From Candidatus Poseidoniaceae archaeon (GTDB lineage Archaea; Thermoplasmatota; Poseidoniia; Poseidoniales; Poseidoniaceae), in NCBI GenBank assembly GCA_028821785.1, contig JAPKFC010000004.1, forward strand, positions 1 to 51,082: a stretch of DNA of 51,082 nt, given 5' to 3'. The stretch's first letter is position 1. Every line of letters begins with the position of its first letter. A program made the position numbers and the translations under genes. Below, piece after piece: positions 20,003-28,830 of this stretch. The notes beneath the pieces are model-generated. The model searched no databases. It was not told the DNA's origin and saw only the letters and a list, made by a program, of their open reading frames with translations.

Positions 20003-20065
20003 CGGTAGAGCGAGCCACATATCATGTTTCCCATAGTGGAATTAGACGACATCATTGGATTTTGA

Positions 20066-20093
20066 ACAAAGGCCGGGAGTTAACCGGCTTTGT
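20066..20093 (-). terminator. Hairpin immediately after the stop of the 20095 gene
   Basis: ACAAAGGCCGG-GAGTTAA-CCGGCTTTGT: 10 bp stem with one bulge; on the minus strand the GC core is followed by TTTGTT. Confidence 0.4.
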
Positions 20094-20094
20094 C

Positions 20095-21777
20095 TCAATC
20101 TTTCAGTTGCTCGGAGAGTTCATCTAAATCTGGCATTCCAGGAATTTCACCAAGGTTGGAATCACCCGTATCGTCCTCTTCTTCCTCAGCAGATACTACT
20201 GTGAATTCACAAACTAACTTCTTCGGGTCTCCATGAGTTAATGCACCATTATATTCCATAACATCTTCTCCATTTGAAGTGATGATTTGGAATTCTGTTG
20301 GATCTTTTGCTTTGCGCTTAGCATGCTTCTTGTAATGATGAACATAGACTTGGTATACTCCAGCAGGTGCTTGACCTTCCGGCCATACAATATTTTCAAT
20401 CGGTTTCTTAGTTTCAGCCTTCTCGTTGGCATCGACATCTAGTTCTCCTCCACATTCAGAACTCCTGTTTCCACCGTGTATTGCTTCGCCACTTGGAGGG
20501 ATCACATGCAGGTCTAAATCATTGAAATTATTCCACATTAGAGAGACTTGGACATCAGAAGAACGACCACCTTCACGCTTTAATCGCTTTTGCAATTCGG
20601 TGATTGTCAGCGCGGTTGCGTCAATTATTTGCCCTTCAGTGTCTGATTCAGACACCTCATTATCCGCTTCACTAGAATCTGCATCTATTGTTTGCTCTTC
20701 AAGGTCTGAATCCTCCTCATCCTCTTCTTCTAGAGTGTTTGCAACTTTTATCTGCTCTTCAATTTCTCTCTTCTTAGCAGCCCTCTCCTCAGGAGATGCA
20801 ACCTTGAATTCGCAGACTAACTTAATCGGGTCTCCATGAGTTAATGCGCCATTATATTCCATTACATTTCCTCCATTTGAAGCAATTATTTGGAACTTTG
20901 TTGGATCTCTTGTTCTACGCTTTGCATGCTTCTTGTAATGATGAACATAAACTTGGTATACTCCAGCAGGTGCTTTACCTTCTGGCCATACAACATTTTC
21001 AACCGGTTTCTTAGTTTCCGCTCTCACGTTGGCATCGACATCCAGTTCTCCACTACAATTGGACATCTTGTTACCACCATGGATACGCTCACCACTTGGG
21101 CAAACGATATGCAGGTCCAAATCATTGTAATTGTTCCACATTAGAGAGACTTGGACATCTGAAGAACGAGCTCCTTCACGCGCTAATCTCTCTTGTAATT
21201 CTGACATTGCTCGTTGTGCTGCTTCACGTGATTCCATCTCGGCCTGTTTTGCTGCCTTCTTTATTTCTTTTAATCTCAGTTTTTCAGCATCAGCCATTTC
21301 TTTTTGGCGTAGAGTTTCTCTTTCTGCTGCTAAACGTGCTTCTTCTTCTTCACGAGCACTTCTATCTGCTTCTTCTTGTTCTAAACGTAGGCGTTCTTCC
21401 TCTTCTTGTTCTAGACGAAGTCTCTCCGCTTCTTGTTCAGCAGCAATTCTCTCACGTTCTGCCTGTTCTCTTTCCTCAGCCAACTGTTTAGCAATCCGTT
21501 CTGATTCTTCTTTAGCCAAACGTTCTGATTCTTCCATTTCCAAACGGTTTTCTATTGCTTCACGTCTTCTACGGCGTTCTTCAACCAAAGCAAGTTTGCG
21601 GTCGAATTCATTTTTGGCTCGGCCAAAACCAGGAGTGTTATTTGCATTACGTAATCCTTCAGCACTCATTCCTTGGCTAACATTAACAGATGCTCCCTTG
21701 CGAAGAAATATAGCCCAAATACCGATGAAAAATGCACCACCTAAAATGAGGGTCATACCCAATGCACCGGCTTCCAT
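20095..21777 (-). CDS. Membrane-anchored E/R-rich helical protein with two YfaP/DUF2135-like domains
   Basis: N-terminal TM, a long E/R/K helix, then two copies of DVQVSLMWNN(Y/F)NDLDLH...GELDVDAN...ENxVWP...APAGVYQVYVHHY; start MEAG at 21777 behind GAGGTGA. Confidence 0.75.
   Translation of the reverse strand: MEAGALGMTLILGGAFFIGIWAIFLRKGASVNVSQGMSAEGLRNANNTPGFGRAKNEFDRKLALVEERRRRREAIENRLEMEESERLAKEESERIAKQLAEEREQAERERIAAEQEAERLRLEQEEEERLRLEQEEADRSAREEEEARLAAERETLRQKEMADAEKLRLKEIKKAAKQAEMESREAAQRAMSELQERLAREGARSSDVQVSLMWNNYNDLDLHIVCPSGERIHGGNKMSNCSGELDVDANVRAETKKPVENVVWPEGKAPAGVYQVYVHHYKKHAKRRTRDPTKFQIIASNGGNVMEYNGALTHGDPIKLVCEFKVASPEERAAKKREIEEQIKVANTLEEEDEEDSDLEEQTIDADSSEADNEVSESDTEGQIIDATALTITELQKRLKREGGRSSDVQVSLMWNNFNDLDLHVIPPSGEAIHGGNRSSECGGELDVDANEKAETKKPIENIVWPEGQAPAGVYQVYVHHYKKHAKRKAKDPTEFQIITSNGEDVMEYNGALTHGDPKKLVCEFTVVSAEEEEDDTGDSNLGEIPGMPDLDELSEQLKD
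20203..21180. repeat. Intragenic direct repeat of about 375 bp (about 20203-20577 and 20806-21180, offset 603)
   Basis: Long identical blocks in both copies, e.g. TTCCACATTAGAGAGACTTGGACATC and ACTTGGTATACTCCAGCAGGTGCTT. Confidence 0.92.
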
Positions 21778-21967
21778 AGTCACCTCTCTAAAAGTGGTAA
21801 CTATTGAAACATTCCACTGAAAGGATTCAATTGATGGTGAGAACATCATTTACAAATCCATTTCCCTTATTCTCCAAGTGCCTATATGTGTGCTGCTAAT
21901 ATCCAAGCAAGATGAATAAAAAATATCAATCAATTATCATTAATAACAATAGCCGATTCGGTGGACC

Positions 21968-22612
21968 ATGAGAGAAGCGCATATTTCTTGGCATGCAAAT
22001 AGCATTGCTAAATCAGAATATGCTTCTATTGCCAAGATAGCCCATAAATTGGAAGTTGTCGCTCATTTAGACGTAGGTGAGAAGGGTATTCGCCAATTAA
22101 TAATTCCAACATTTAAGAAAGGAATGGGACCTGAGGATTTGAATAAGATTCCATTTTTAACATTTGAAGCATCCTTTTTAGAAGAGAATGATACAGGACA
22201 TCTTGTAGTTTGGAATTCACATCCACTCTCATTAGCTGCTATTGGTTTTCAAAACATCCATATTATCCCCCCGTATACATTTGGAGGTGATGGAATAGAA
22301 ATTACCGTTAGAGGAGTTCCTAGTGGAATCTCAAATTTCTTGAAAACCTGTAGACTATTTTTGCCTCCAGATCAAGTAAAAATTGTCGAAATGGCTGATG
22401 ATGAAGAAAAATTAGAACAATTACTCACCAAGAAGCAAATTGAATGCGTTATTGCTGCTTGCTCGGTAGGATACTACCAAACTCCAAAAAACACTAGTTT
22501 GAGACTACTTTCCGAACAGATGAATATTCCTCGCTCAACACTGCAAGAACACCTCAGTCGAGCAGAAGCAAATCTTATGAATTGGGCGGCAGAATCATTA
22601 AGAAAAAATTAA
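21968..22612 (+). CDS. Bat-like (HTH_10) transcriptional regulator
   Basis: C-terminal LTKKQIE...GYYQTPKNTSLRLLSEQMNIPRSTLQEHLSRAE. Confidence 0.88.
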   Translation: MREAHISWHANSIAKSEYASIAKIAHKLEVVAHLDVGEKGIRQLIIPTFKKGMGPEDLNKIPFLTFEASFLEENDTGHLVVWNSHPLSLAAIGFQNIHIIPPYTFGGDGIEITVRGVPSGISNFLKTCRLFLPPDQVKIVEMADDEEKLEQLLTKKQIECVIAACSVGYYQTPKNTSLRLLSEQMNIPRSTLQEHLSRAEANLMNWAAESLRKN

Positions 22613-22685
22613 TTCCGATTATCTTGAATTATTCTTGCTGAATACTCATCCGAAACCTTGACCCTATGATGCTCGTGGGAGTGGC

Positions 22686-23486
22686 ATGGATAGTAGGGCT
22701 AAACGCCTTGAGAAACTATTGCCGAATGGCAGAGGGGTATGGATTCCAATCGATCATGGTGCATCTGATTTTCCTGTTGAGGGTTTAGTTGATACTGAAA
22801 AAACAATAAAGGCATTGATCTCTGCAGGAGTTGATGTAATCCTCGCTCAAAAAGGTGTAGTAAGTCACTATTCTCACCTTTGCCAGGGTACGAAAACAAA
22901 TATGGTAGTACATTTATCAGTTTCAACTAGGCATGCCGGACCGGATTGTGCAAACAAAGTACTCGTTGGCCATCCAGATGAAGTCATTTCAAGAGGAGGG
23001 CTTGGTGTGTCCTGTCAAGTAAATATTGGCAGCCCTAATGAAGCCGAAATGATTGAACGAATGGGCGAGGTTAGTCGTCAAAGCCATAAATTGCAATTGC
23101 CTATGTTTGGCATGATATATGCCAGGGGTGAATTTTTGAACATAATGGAAGGTGATTCAACTCTTGGAAATGCTCATGCTGCTCGACTAGCATTTGAACT
23201 GGGATGTGATGCTGCAAAGACGGTATGGACTGGTGATGCTGAGAGTTTCTCAGAAATATGTCAAGGTGTTCCAATCCCATTATTAGTTGCCGGTGGACCT
23301 TCTACTGGTGATTCATTTACGATTCTAGAAATGGTAAGAACTGCATTGGACTGCGGGGCTAGTGGAGTTTGTATGGGTCGGCAAGTATTTTCTCATCCTA
23401 AAGTTGAGCAAATAGCAAAAGCGATTGTGTTGTTAGTTCATCAAGATTATTCAGTTAAAGATGCAATGGCATCGTGTGGCCTTTGA
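22686..23486 (+). CDS. aroA': 2-amino-3,7-dideoxy-D-threo-hept-6-ulosonate synthase (DhnA-type class I aldolase)
   Basis: IPIDHG, MIYARG, ARLAFELGCDAAKT (Schiff-base Lys), VAGGP and MGRQVF; adjacent to aroB'. Confidence 0.85.
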   Translation: MDSRAKRLEKLLPNGRGVWIPIDHGASDFPVEGLVDTEKTIKALISAGVDVILAQKGVVSHYSHLCQGTKTNMVVHLSVSTRHAGPDCANKVLVGHPDEVISRGGLGVSCQVNIGSPNEAEMIERMGEVSRQSHKLQLPMFGMIYARGEFLNIMEGDSTLGNAHAARLAFELGCDAAKTVWTGDAESFSEICQGVPIPLLVAGGPSTGDSFTILEMVRTALDCGASGVCMGRQVFSHPKVEQIAKAIVLLVHQDYSVKDAMASCGL

Positions 23487-23495
23487 GGTGATATA

Positions 23496-24530
23496 ATGGA
23501 AGTGTGGCTGGATAATCGCGATAACCTCGCCAAATTATCTGCTTATGACACAGATTGTATTGATTGCGTAATTCAATCTATAGAAGTAACTGCTAAATCC
23601 GATTTACCGCTAATCTCCATCGATGGAAAAGGCCTTATTCAATCCGGAAAGGTCGTCGGAGAAATAATAAAAATAGATGGTTCAGAAGGTCAAAGTAAGG
23701 CTCGTTCTTTGGTTGGAAGTGTGAGTTGGTTATTACTAGAATTTGAAAATTGGTCAATGATTCCGATTGAGAATATCATTGCCGCTTGTGCTGGTAGCCC
23801 GACCAAAGTGGCAGCATTACTACGTTCCCCGGCTGAAGCACAAGGTGCTGCATTTGCACTAGAAATCGGCGTTGACGCATTGGTGGTTATTCCAGACCAA
23901 CTGATGATTGATTCGGCATCAATTGCAAAATCACAACGTGGAGAGGTTGTTGAAAATACTAATATTGTGAAGGATAATGAAGAGATTAAATTACAACCAT
24001 TGTTGATCACTAATATTGAACCCGGAGGTTTATCGGATAGATATTGCATTGATTTAACAAGTCTCTTAGAAGTTGGAGAGGGGATGTTAATTGGTTCAAG
24101 TTCCTCATGCATGGCATTAGTTCATGGTGAGACTCTTGCTTCCGATTATGTACCACCAAGACCCTTTAGAGTAAATGCAGGGCCACCTCATGCATACATT
24201 GTGATGGCAAATAGAACTACAAAATATTTGAGTGAACTAAAGGCAGGTGATGAAATATTGATTGTTTCTAGCTCTGAATACTGCAGACCTGCCACTGTAG
24301 GCAGATTGAAAATTGAACGTAGGCCAATGTTATTATTCACTGTTAGGAATAAAAATGATAAAGAGGCTCAAATGTTCACCCAACAAGCAGAGACAGTCCG
24401 TTTGGTCAGTACCGAAAAAGAAAATATAGCCGTAACTGATTTAACCATCGGCCAATATCTTCTCGGATGGAGCGACTCCGATGCACGACATATCGGTGTT
24501 GCTGTGCCAAGCGAAGTAGTTGAGAGGTGA
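23496..24530 (+). CDS. aroB': 3-dehydroquinate synthase II (archaeal type)
   Basis: WSMIPIENIIA, DRYCID, GEGMLIGS, RPFRVNAG, YLSEL, KIERRP, QQAETVRL and ARHIG. Confidence 0.94.
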   Translation: MEVWLDNRDNLAKLSAYDTDCIDCVIQSIEVTAKSDLPLISIDGKGLIQSGKVVGEIIKIDGSEGQSKARSLVGSVSWLLLEFENWSMIPIENIIAACAGSPTKVAALLRSPAEAQGAAFALEIGVDALVVIPDQLMIDSASIAKSQRGEVVENTNIVKDNEEIKLQPLLITNIEPGGLSDRYCIDLTSLLEVGEGMLIGSSSSCMALVHGETLASDYVPPRPFRVNAGPPHAYIVMANRTTKYLSELKAGDEILIVSSSEYCRPATVGRLKIERRPMLLFTVRNKNDKEAQMFTQQAETVRLVSTEKENIAVTDLTIGQYLLGWSDSDARHIGVAVPSEVVER

Positions 24531-24536
24531 GATGAA

Positions 24537-25436
24537 ATGGCAGTAATTGGAAAGGGGCAAGCACATGGCGCTTGTAGTCTTCTTCATGCCGCTGGCTTGG
24601 GATACGGGTGCAGTATGGCCCTTGATTTACCAGTTGCAGTACGTCTTTTAGATAAAGAAAGCAAGAGAACTTTATCAGACCCCGATGGAGTACTTGAGGC
24701 AGTGGTTGATATTTGGATTGCCAATGGACATTCATTACCAAATGGACTAGAAAAAGACGATTTACATTGGGCTGTCGCTTCAAAAATCCCACCTAGACAG
24801 GGTTTGAAATCATCTGCAGCGGTTTCGGTCGCCGCTCTACGAGCATTAATCGACTCAACGGAAATGGAATTAGAAGACAAAGATGTAGTCTTGATGTCGG
24901 CACAAGCGCAATTAGAAGCAGGTGTATCAATCACTGGTTCAATCGATGATTCTTGGGCTTGCGCAACAAATGGTTGGAAATTAATTGATGTAAATGCTGA
25001 AACTATTGAAGAAGGGATACTACTGGAAGGCCCTGGTCCTGTTGCTGAGGATTGGCATGTGATGATTCTGTCGAGAGGCGAAAGAGTTTCAAGGCCCGAA
25101 CCAGAGGCTTTCGCTGCGCAACAACAAAATTTTATTCAAGCATTAAATGCGATTCAAGAAGGGCAAGAACTTGTCGCATTGACTTGGAATGGACGAGCAA
25201 TGGTCGGTATCATTTCAGATCCAGCTGCCAGAAAAATGACTAATGATGCATTTGTTAATGGCGCAAGGTCATCCGGCATATCTGGTTCAGGTTCTGCGAT
25301 TGTGGTAGTCACTCCTTCTATCAGTAAGCCATCATATGAACGATTAAAGAAATTGTTCTCTACAAGGTATACTAATGTTGAGATAATTGAAACAAAATTT
25401 CTTAACGCTGAAGTCGCCCTAGATGAAACTGAATGA
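24537..25436 (+). CDS. aroK: Archaeal shikimate kinase (GHMP family)
   Basis: IPPRQGLKSSAA, AGVSITGSIDDSWA and GISGSGSA. Confidence 0.9.
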   Translation: MAVIGKGQAHGACSLLHAAGLGYGCSMALDLPVAVRLLDKESKRTLSDPDGVLEAVVDIWIANGHSLPNGLEKDDLHWAVASKIPPRQGLKSSAAVSVAALRALIDSTEMELEDKDVVLMSAQAQLEAGVSITGSIDDSWACATNGWKLIDVNAETIEEGILLEGPGPVAEDWHVMILSRGERVSRPEPEAFAAQQQNFIQALNAIQEGQELVALTWNGRAMVGIISDPAARKMTNDAFVNGARSSGISGSGSAIVVVTPSISKPSYERLKKLFSTRYTNVEIIETKFLNAEVALDETE

Positions 25437-26569
25437 GCAACAAACACATTCTTCAAACAGTGTTTGCTGGCTTGGGTGAGTCAAGTATGCAAATGAGCAT
25501 CGGCCAAGCCATACGTTTGACCCTTTTTGGTACCAGTCATGGTCCAGAAGTAGGGGCAATTGTTGAGGGCATTCCTTCCGGCATTAGCATTGATGAAGAT
25601 GCAATTCAACAGGCAATGGATAAGCGTAAGCCTGGTGGAAAGTATTCCAGTAAAAGAAAGGAAAGCGATAATGTAGAAATTTTGAGTGGTGTAGAAGATG
25701 GGATCACTAATGGTGAGACATGCAAAATTAGAATAGCGAATAATGATGCTAAATCAAGCGATTATTCATTCCTGCCTCATCACCCAAGACCTGGCCATCA
25801 GGACCTTTTAATGCATATTAAAACGGACGGAAAGGCTGATTTGAGAGGTGGGGGCACCTCAAGTGCTAGATTAACAGCACCAATCGTTGCTGTTGCAGCG
25901 ATATTGTCGCCTTTACTCAAAGGGATTGGTGTGAAAATAGAGGGGCATGTTTCATCCATTGGCAATATTACTGCCCGTGACATTCAATTATGCCCACAAG
26001 ATTGGAGCGATGAAGATTGTATAAACATGAGATGTAAAGATCCTATTGCTGCAAAATCAATGGCTCAATACCTAACCACTCTAAGAACTGAATTAGATTC
26101 TGTTGGAAGTAAAGTAGAACTTTGCATCACCGGATTGCCTCTCGGTTTGGGAGAACCTTGGTTTGATGGGGTTGAACCTGCTCTTGCAAGGGCAATGATG
26201 TCGATTCCTGCTGCTAGGGGTGTTGAATTTGGCAGAGGATTCAATGCCGTACAAATGCTCGGTTCACAACATAATGATGCTTGGGGGGGAACTGCGGCAG
26301 AGCCTAAACTGAAAGGTCAATCTCCTGACGGCGCAATTGCTGGATTAGCCAGTGGAGCACCTCTAAAAATTAATGTTGCTTTCAAACCGCCATCCAGTAT
26401 AGCAAAACCACAATTAACTTTGAATTTAGAAACTGGTGAAGAAGAGAATCTTGTGATAAAAGGGCGACATGACCCTGTTATAGGACCTCGGGCAGTAGCA
26501 GTTGTTGAGGCAATGGCGACTTTCATTTTAACTGATTTAGCATTAAGAGGAGGTTATTTAGATGACTAA
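25433..26569 (+). CDS. aroC: Chorismate synthase
   Basis: FGTSHG, RPGHQD, RGGGTSSARLT, SIPAARGVEFG, FKPPSSI and GRHDP; start may be at 25487. Confidence 0.96.
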   Translation: MSNKHILQTVFAGLGESSMQMSIGQAIRLTLFGTSHGPEVGAIVEGIPSGISIDEDAIQQAMDKRKPGGKYSSKRKESDNVEILSGVEDGITNGETCKIRIANNDAKSSDYSFLPHHPRPGHQDLLMHIKTDGKADLRGGGTSSARLTAPIVAVAAILSPLLKGIGVKIEGHVSSIGNITARDIQLCPQDWSDEDCINMRCKDPIAAKSMAQYLTTLRTELDSVGSKVELCITGLPLGLGEPWFDGVEPALARAMMSIPAARGVEFGRGFNAVQMLGSQHNDAWGGTAAEPKLKGQSPDGAIAGLASGAPLKINVAFKPPSSIAKPQLTLNLETGEEENLVIKGRHDPVIGPRAVAVVEAMATFILTDLALRGGYLDD

Positions 26570-27887
26570 GGAATTGATTACAGTTCACAAGTTTGGAGGT
26601 TCTTGCTTGCGTGATTCTTCGGATCTTGAACGGATTTCACAGGTTATTCAACAAACCGATGGGCAAGCAATCATTGTCGTTTCCGCTTTATGGGGGACAA
26701 CTGATAGATTGCTCAGAGCAGCGCATGAACCTCGATATGCAGGTCGCCTAGTCCATGATTTAGAAGAACAACACCTTCGTTTTGCCCCAGGATTAGCAGA
26801 CTCAAAGGTAGGTCATTTGTTCAAGGCAGTACTGGGGGGAATTGAAACTTCGTTGGTTGCACTTGCGGTTAATCCGCAAGATAATATTGCAAAAAACCGT
26901 TTATTGGCAGCTGGTGAAAGATTGAGTGCGCTAGTAGTGTCGCATTTCCTAAACATAAAAGGAATAGATTCTCACCCCGTCGGGGCAGAGGATATTGGAT
27001 TAAGATTAAACGGAAAAGGAAAAGCACCTACTGTAGATTTGCAATCATCAAAATTGAATCTTGACCTTTCTGCTTTGCAAGGAACACCTGTGATTACCGG
27101 TTGGTTCGGTCAAGGTGATGATGGTGAGTTGGCATTATTGGGTCGCGGTGGTAGCGATCATACTGCTACTGCGATTGCCAATCTTGTTGATGCAACAGAA
27201 GTGATTCTATGGAAAGATGTTGCAGGAGTACTACCTATCAATCCACGTTGGGGGATAGAGACTACGGCCATTCATTATCTCGGATATGGAGAAGCAATGG
27301 AACTTTCTAGATTGGATACTCCAGTCATACATCCTGCAACAGTAGAGCCCCTATCATCAGTAGGAATCCCTTTGAAAATAATGCACCTCTATCAAGAAAA
27401 GGAATTTTCACAAACAACCATTGGACCTGATATTTATGATGAATACAGGATAAAGGGAATTGGTTGCCTTGCCAGTGTGGCTAGTTTGTCAATAGAGACA
27501 CTCTCTTTAGAGGCGCAAAGTAAAAATCTAGGTCACTTATTAGTTGATTTTTCAAATGAGGATATCTCTTGTTGGAATTTACACTCACAACCTGGTGAAT
27601 TGAGATTAATTATATCTCAGCATGACCTAATTAAATCTCAACAAATTGTAGCAAAGCATTTCCAATCCCCTACGGTTAAAACATATTCAGCAATGATTTC
27701 ATTGGTTGGAAATGGAACGGAACAACAGCAAATGGCGTTGTTTGAAGAGATTAGTAATAAATGGGAATTCGAATTACTCAGCCAATCACCTCACTCGGTG
27801 AGGTTACTGGCTAACGTTGAGGATATCAAATCAATATTAGTAGAGATGAGTCAATGTTACAACTTGTGCAATACTCTTCACCAATGA
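26562..27887 (+). CDS. lysC: Aspartate kinase
   Basis: VHKFGGSCL, VVSALWGTTD, GERLSA, LGRGGSDHTA and WKDVAGV; degenerate ACT-like C-terminus. Confidence 0.88.
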   Translation: MTKELITVHKFGGSCLRDSSDLERISQVIQQTDGQAIIVVSALWGTTDRLLRAAHEPRYAGRLVHDLEEQHLRFAPGLADSKVGHLFKAVLGGIETSLVALAVNPQDNIAKNRLLAAGERLSALVVSHFLNIKGIDSHPVGAEDIGLRLNGKGKAPTVDLQSSKLNLDLSALQGTPVITGWFGQGDDGELALLGRGGSDHTATAIANLVDATEVILWKDVAGVLPINPRWGIETTAIHYLGYGEAMELSRLDTPVIHPATVEPLSSVGIPLKIMHLYQEKEFSQTTIGPDIYDEYRIKGIGCLASVASLSIETLSLEAQSKNLGHLLVDFSNEDISCWNLHSQPGELRLIISQHDLIKSQQIVAKHFQSPTVKTYSAMISLVGNGTEQQQMALFEEISNKWEFELLSQSPHSVRLLANVEDIKSILVEMSQCYNLCNTLHQ

Positions 27888-27897
27888 AGAGAATTAT

Positions 27898-28821
27898 TCA
27901 CTCTGCTTTATTCTCTCGGTAATTCTGCAAGTGGGTTGGAAGGTTCAAAGCAAACAATCCACCTACTACTAAGAATACAAATAGTGTTCCAAGTGCAACA
28001 CCATATACTGAAATCAATTCAACCGATTCTTCCATGCGCATTGCGACATCTTCGGAGAAGATTCCAACGATGAAAGGGAGAATGTTATTTGCGTTTAATA
28101 CAATCAATGCAAGAATTGTTGCAAGTATTGGATTCAAAATGAGCGAACGGTGGTATTTTCCAACGATCTTCTTTGGGTTCATCACATATACTTCATTTGT
28201 GCGAATACTTGTATCGAGCATTGAGTATCTGATTACTCCATTTGATAATTCGAAATACATTACCAGTAACACCGCATATACTACCACTAGAACTGATAGC
28301 ATTGCAGGGTTCTCCGATAATCCGAACACATCATTGGACAATGTGACCTTTGATGAAGCGAAGCGCAATATTGCGAGGATGAATAAAAGATTACTTGCAA
28401 TGGAAAAACGAGCGTCTCTTTGGAATGTTCCCCAGAAACCAAGTATTGTCGCTGAAGTAATTACCAGCATTTGCATAATAAAGGCAAATCCAAGGCTTCC
28501 TGTCATCATATACCAAAGAGAACCTTCTTCTGGTGAAACAATAAATGTAAGAAGTGCAAGAGCGATCAATATTCCATAAACTCCAATCTGAAGGTTTTGA
28601 ACCATCTTATCCGGTGGTAAGAATTTCATTTTTGGAACTAGTGGTCCGCCTAATAGGCTCTCGATGAATGTTGGAATTTCAACTGTTGGAATAGCATCCT
28701 TTGGTATTTCAGAACCGATGTTCATTTGACCTGCTGCTTTCTTTCTTGAAGGAGCTGCTGAACGTACAGTCTTTCCATCATACAAGTGTGAAGTATCTCC
28801 TTTTGGCTTATTAATTGTCAT
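27898..28821 (-). CDS. Hypothetical polytopic membrane protein (last gene of the MoxR operon)
   Basis: About 6 hydrophobic segments; GAGGTGA upstream; co-oriented with the DUF58 gene. Confidence 0.75.
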   Translation of the reverse strand: MTINKPKGDTSHLYDGKTVRSAAPSRKKAAGQMNIGSEIPKDAIPTVEIPTFIESLLGGPLVPKMKFLPPDKMVQNLQIGVYGILIALALLTFIVSPEEGSLWYMMTGSLGFAFIMQMLVITSATILGFWGTFQRDARFSIASNLLFILAILRFASSKVTLSNDVFGLSENPAMLSVLVVVYAVLLVMYFELSNGVIRYSMLDTSIRTNEVYVMNPKKIVGKYHRSLILNPILATILALIVLNANNILPFIVGIFSEDVAMRMEESVELISVYGVALGTLFVFLVVGGLFALNLPTHLQNYRENKAE

Positions 28822-28830
28822 AAAATCACC

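Noticed and set aside
21131-21820. 229 aa plus-strand Ser-rich ORF and other long antisense ORFs (e.g. 5315..5890, 28034..28579, 31265..31843)
   Set aside because: They mirror well-supported opposite-strand genes and have no recognisable motifs.
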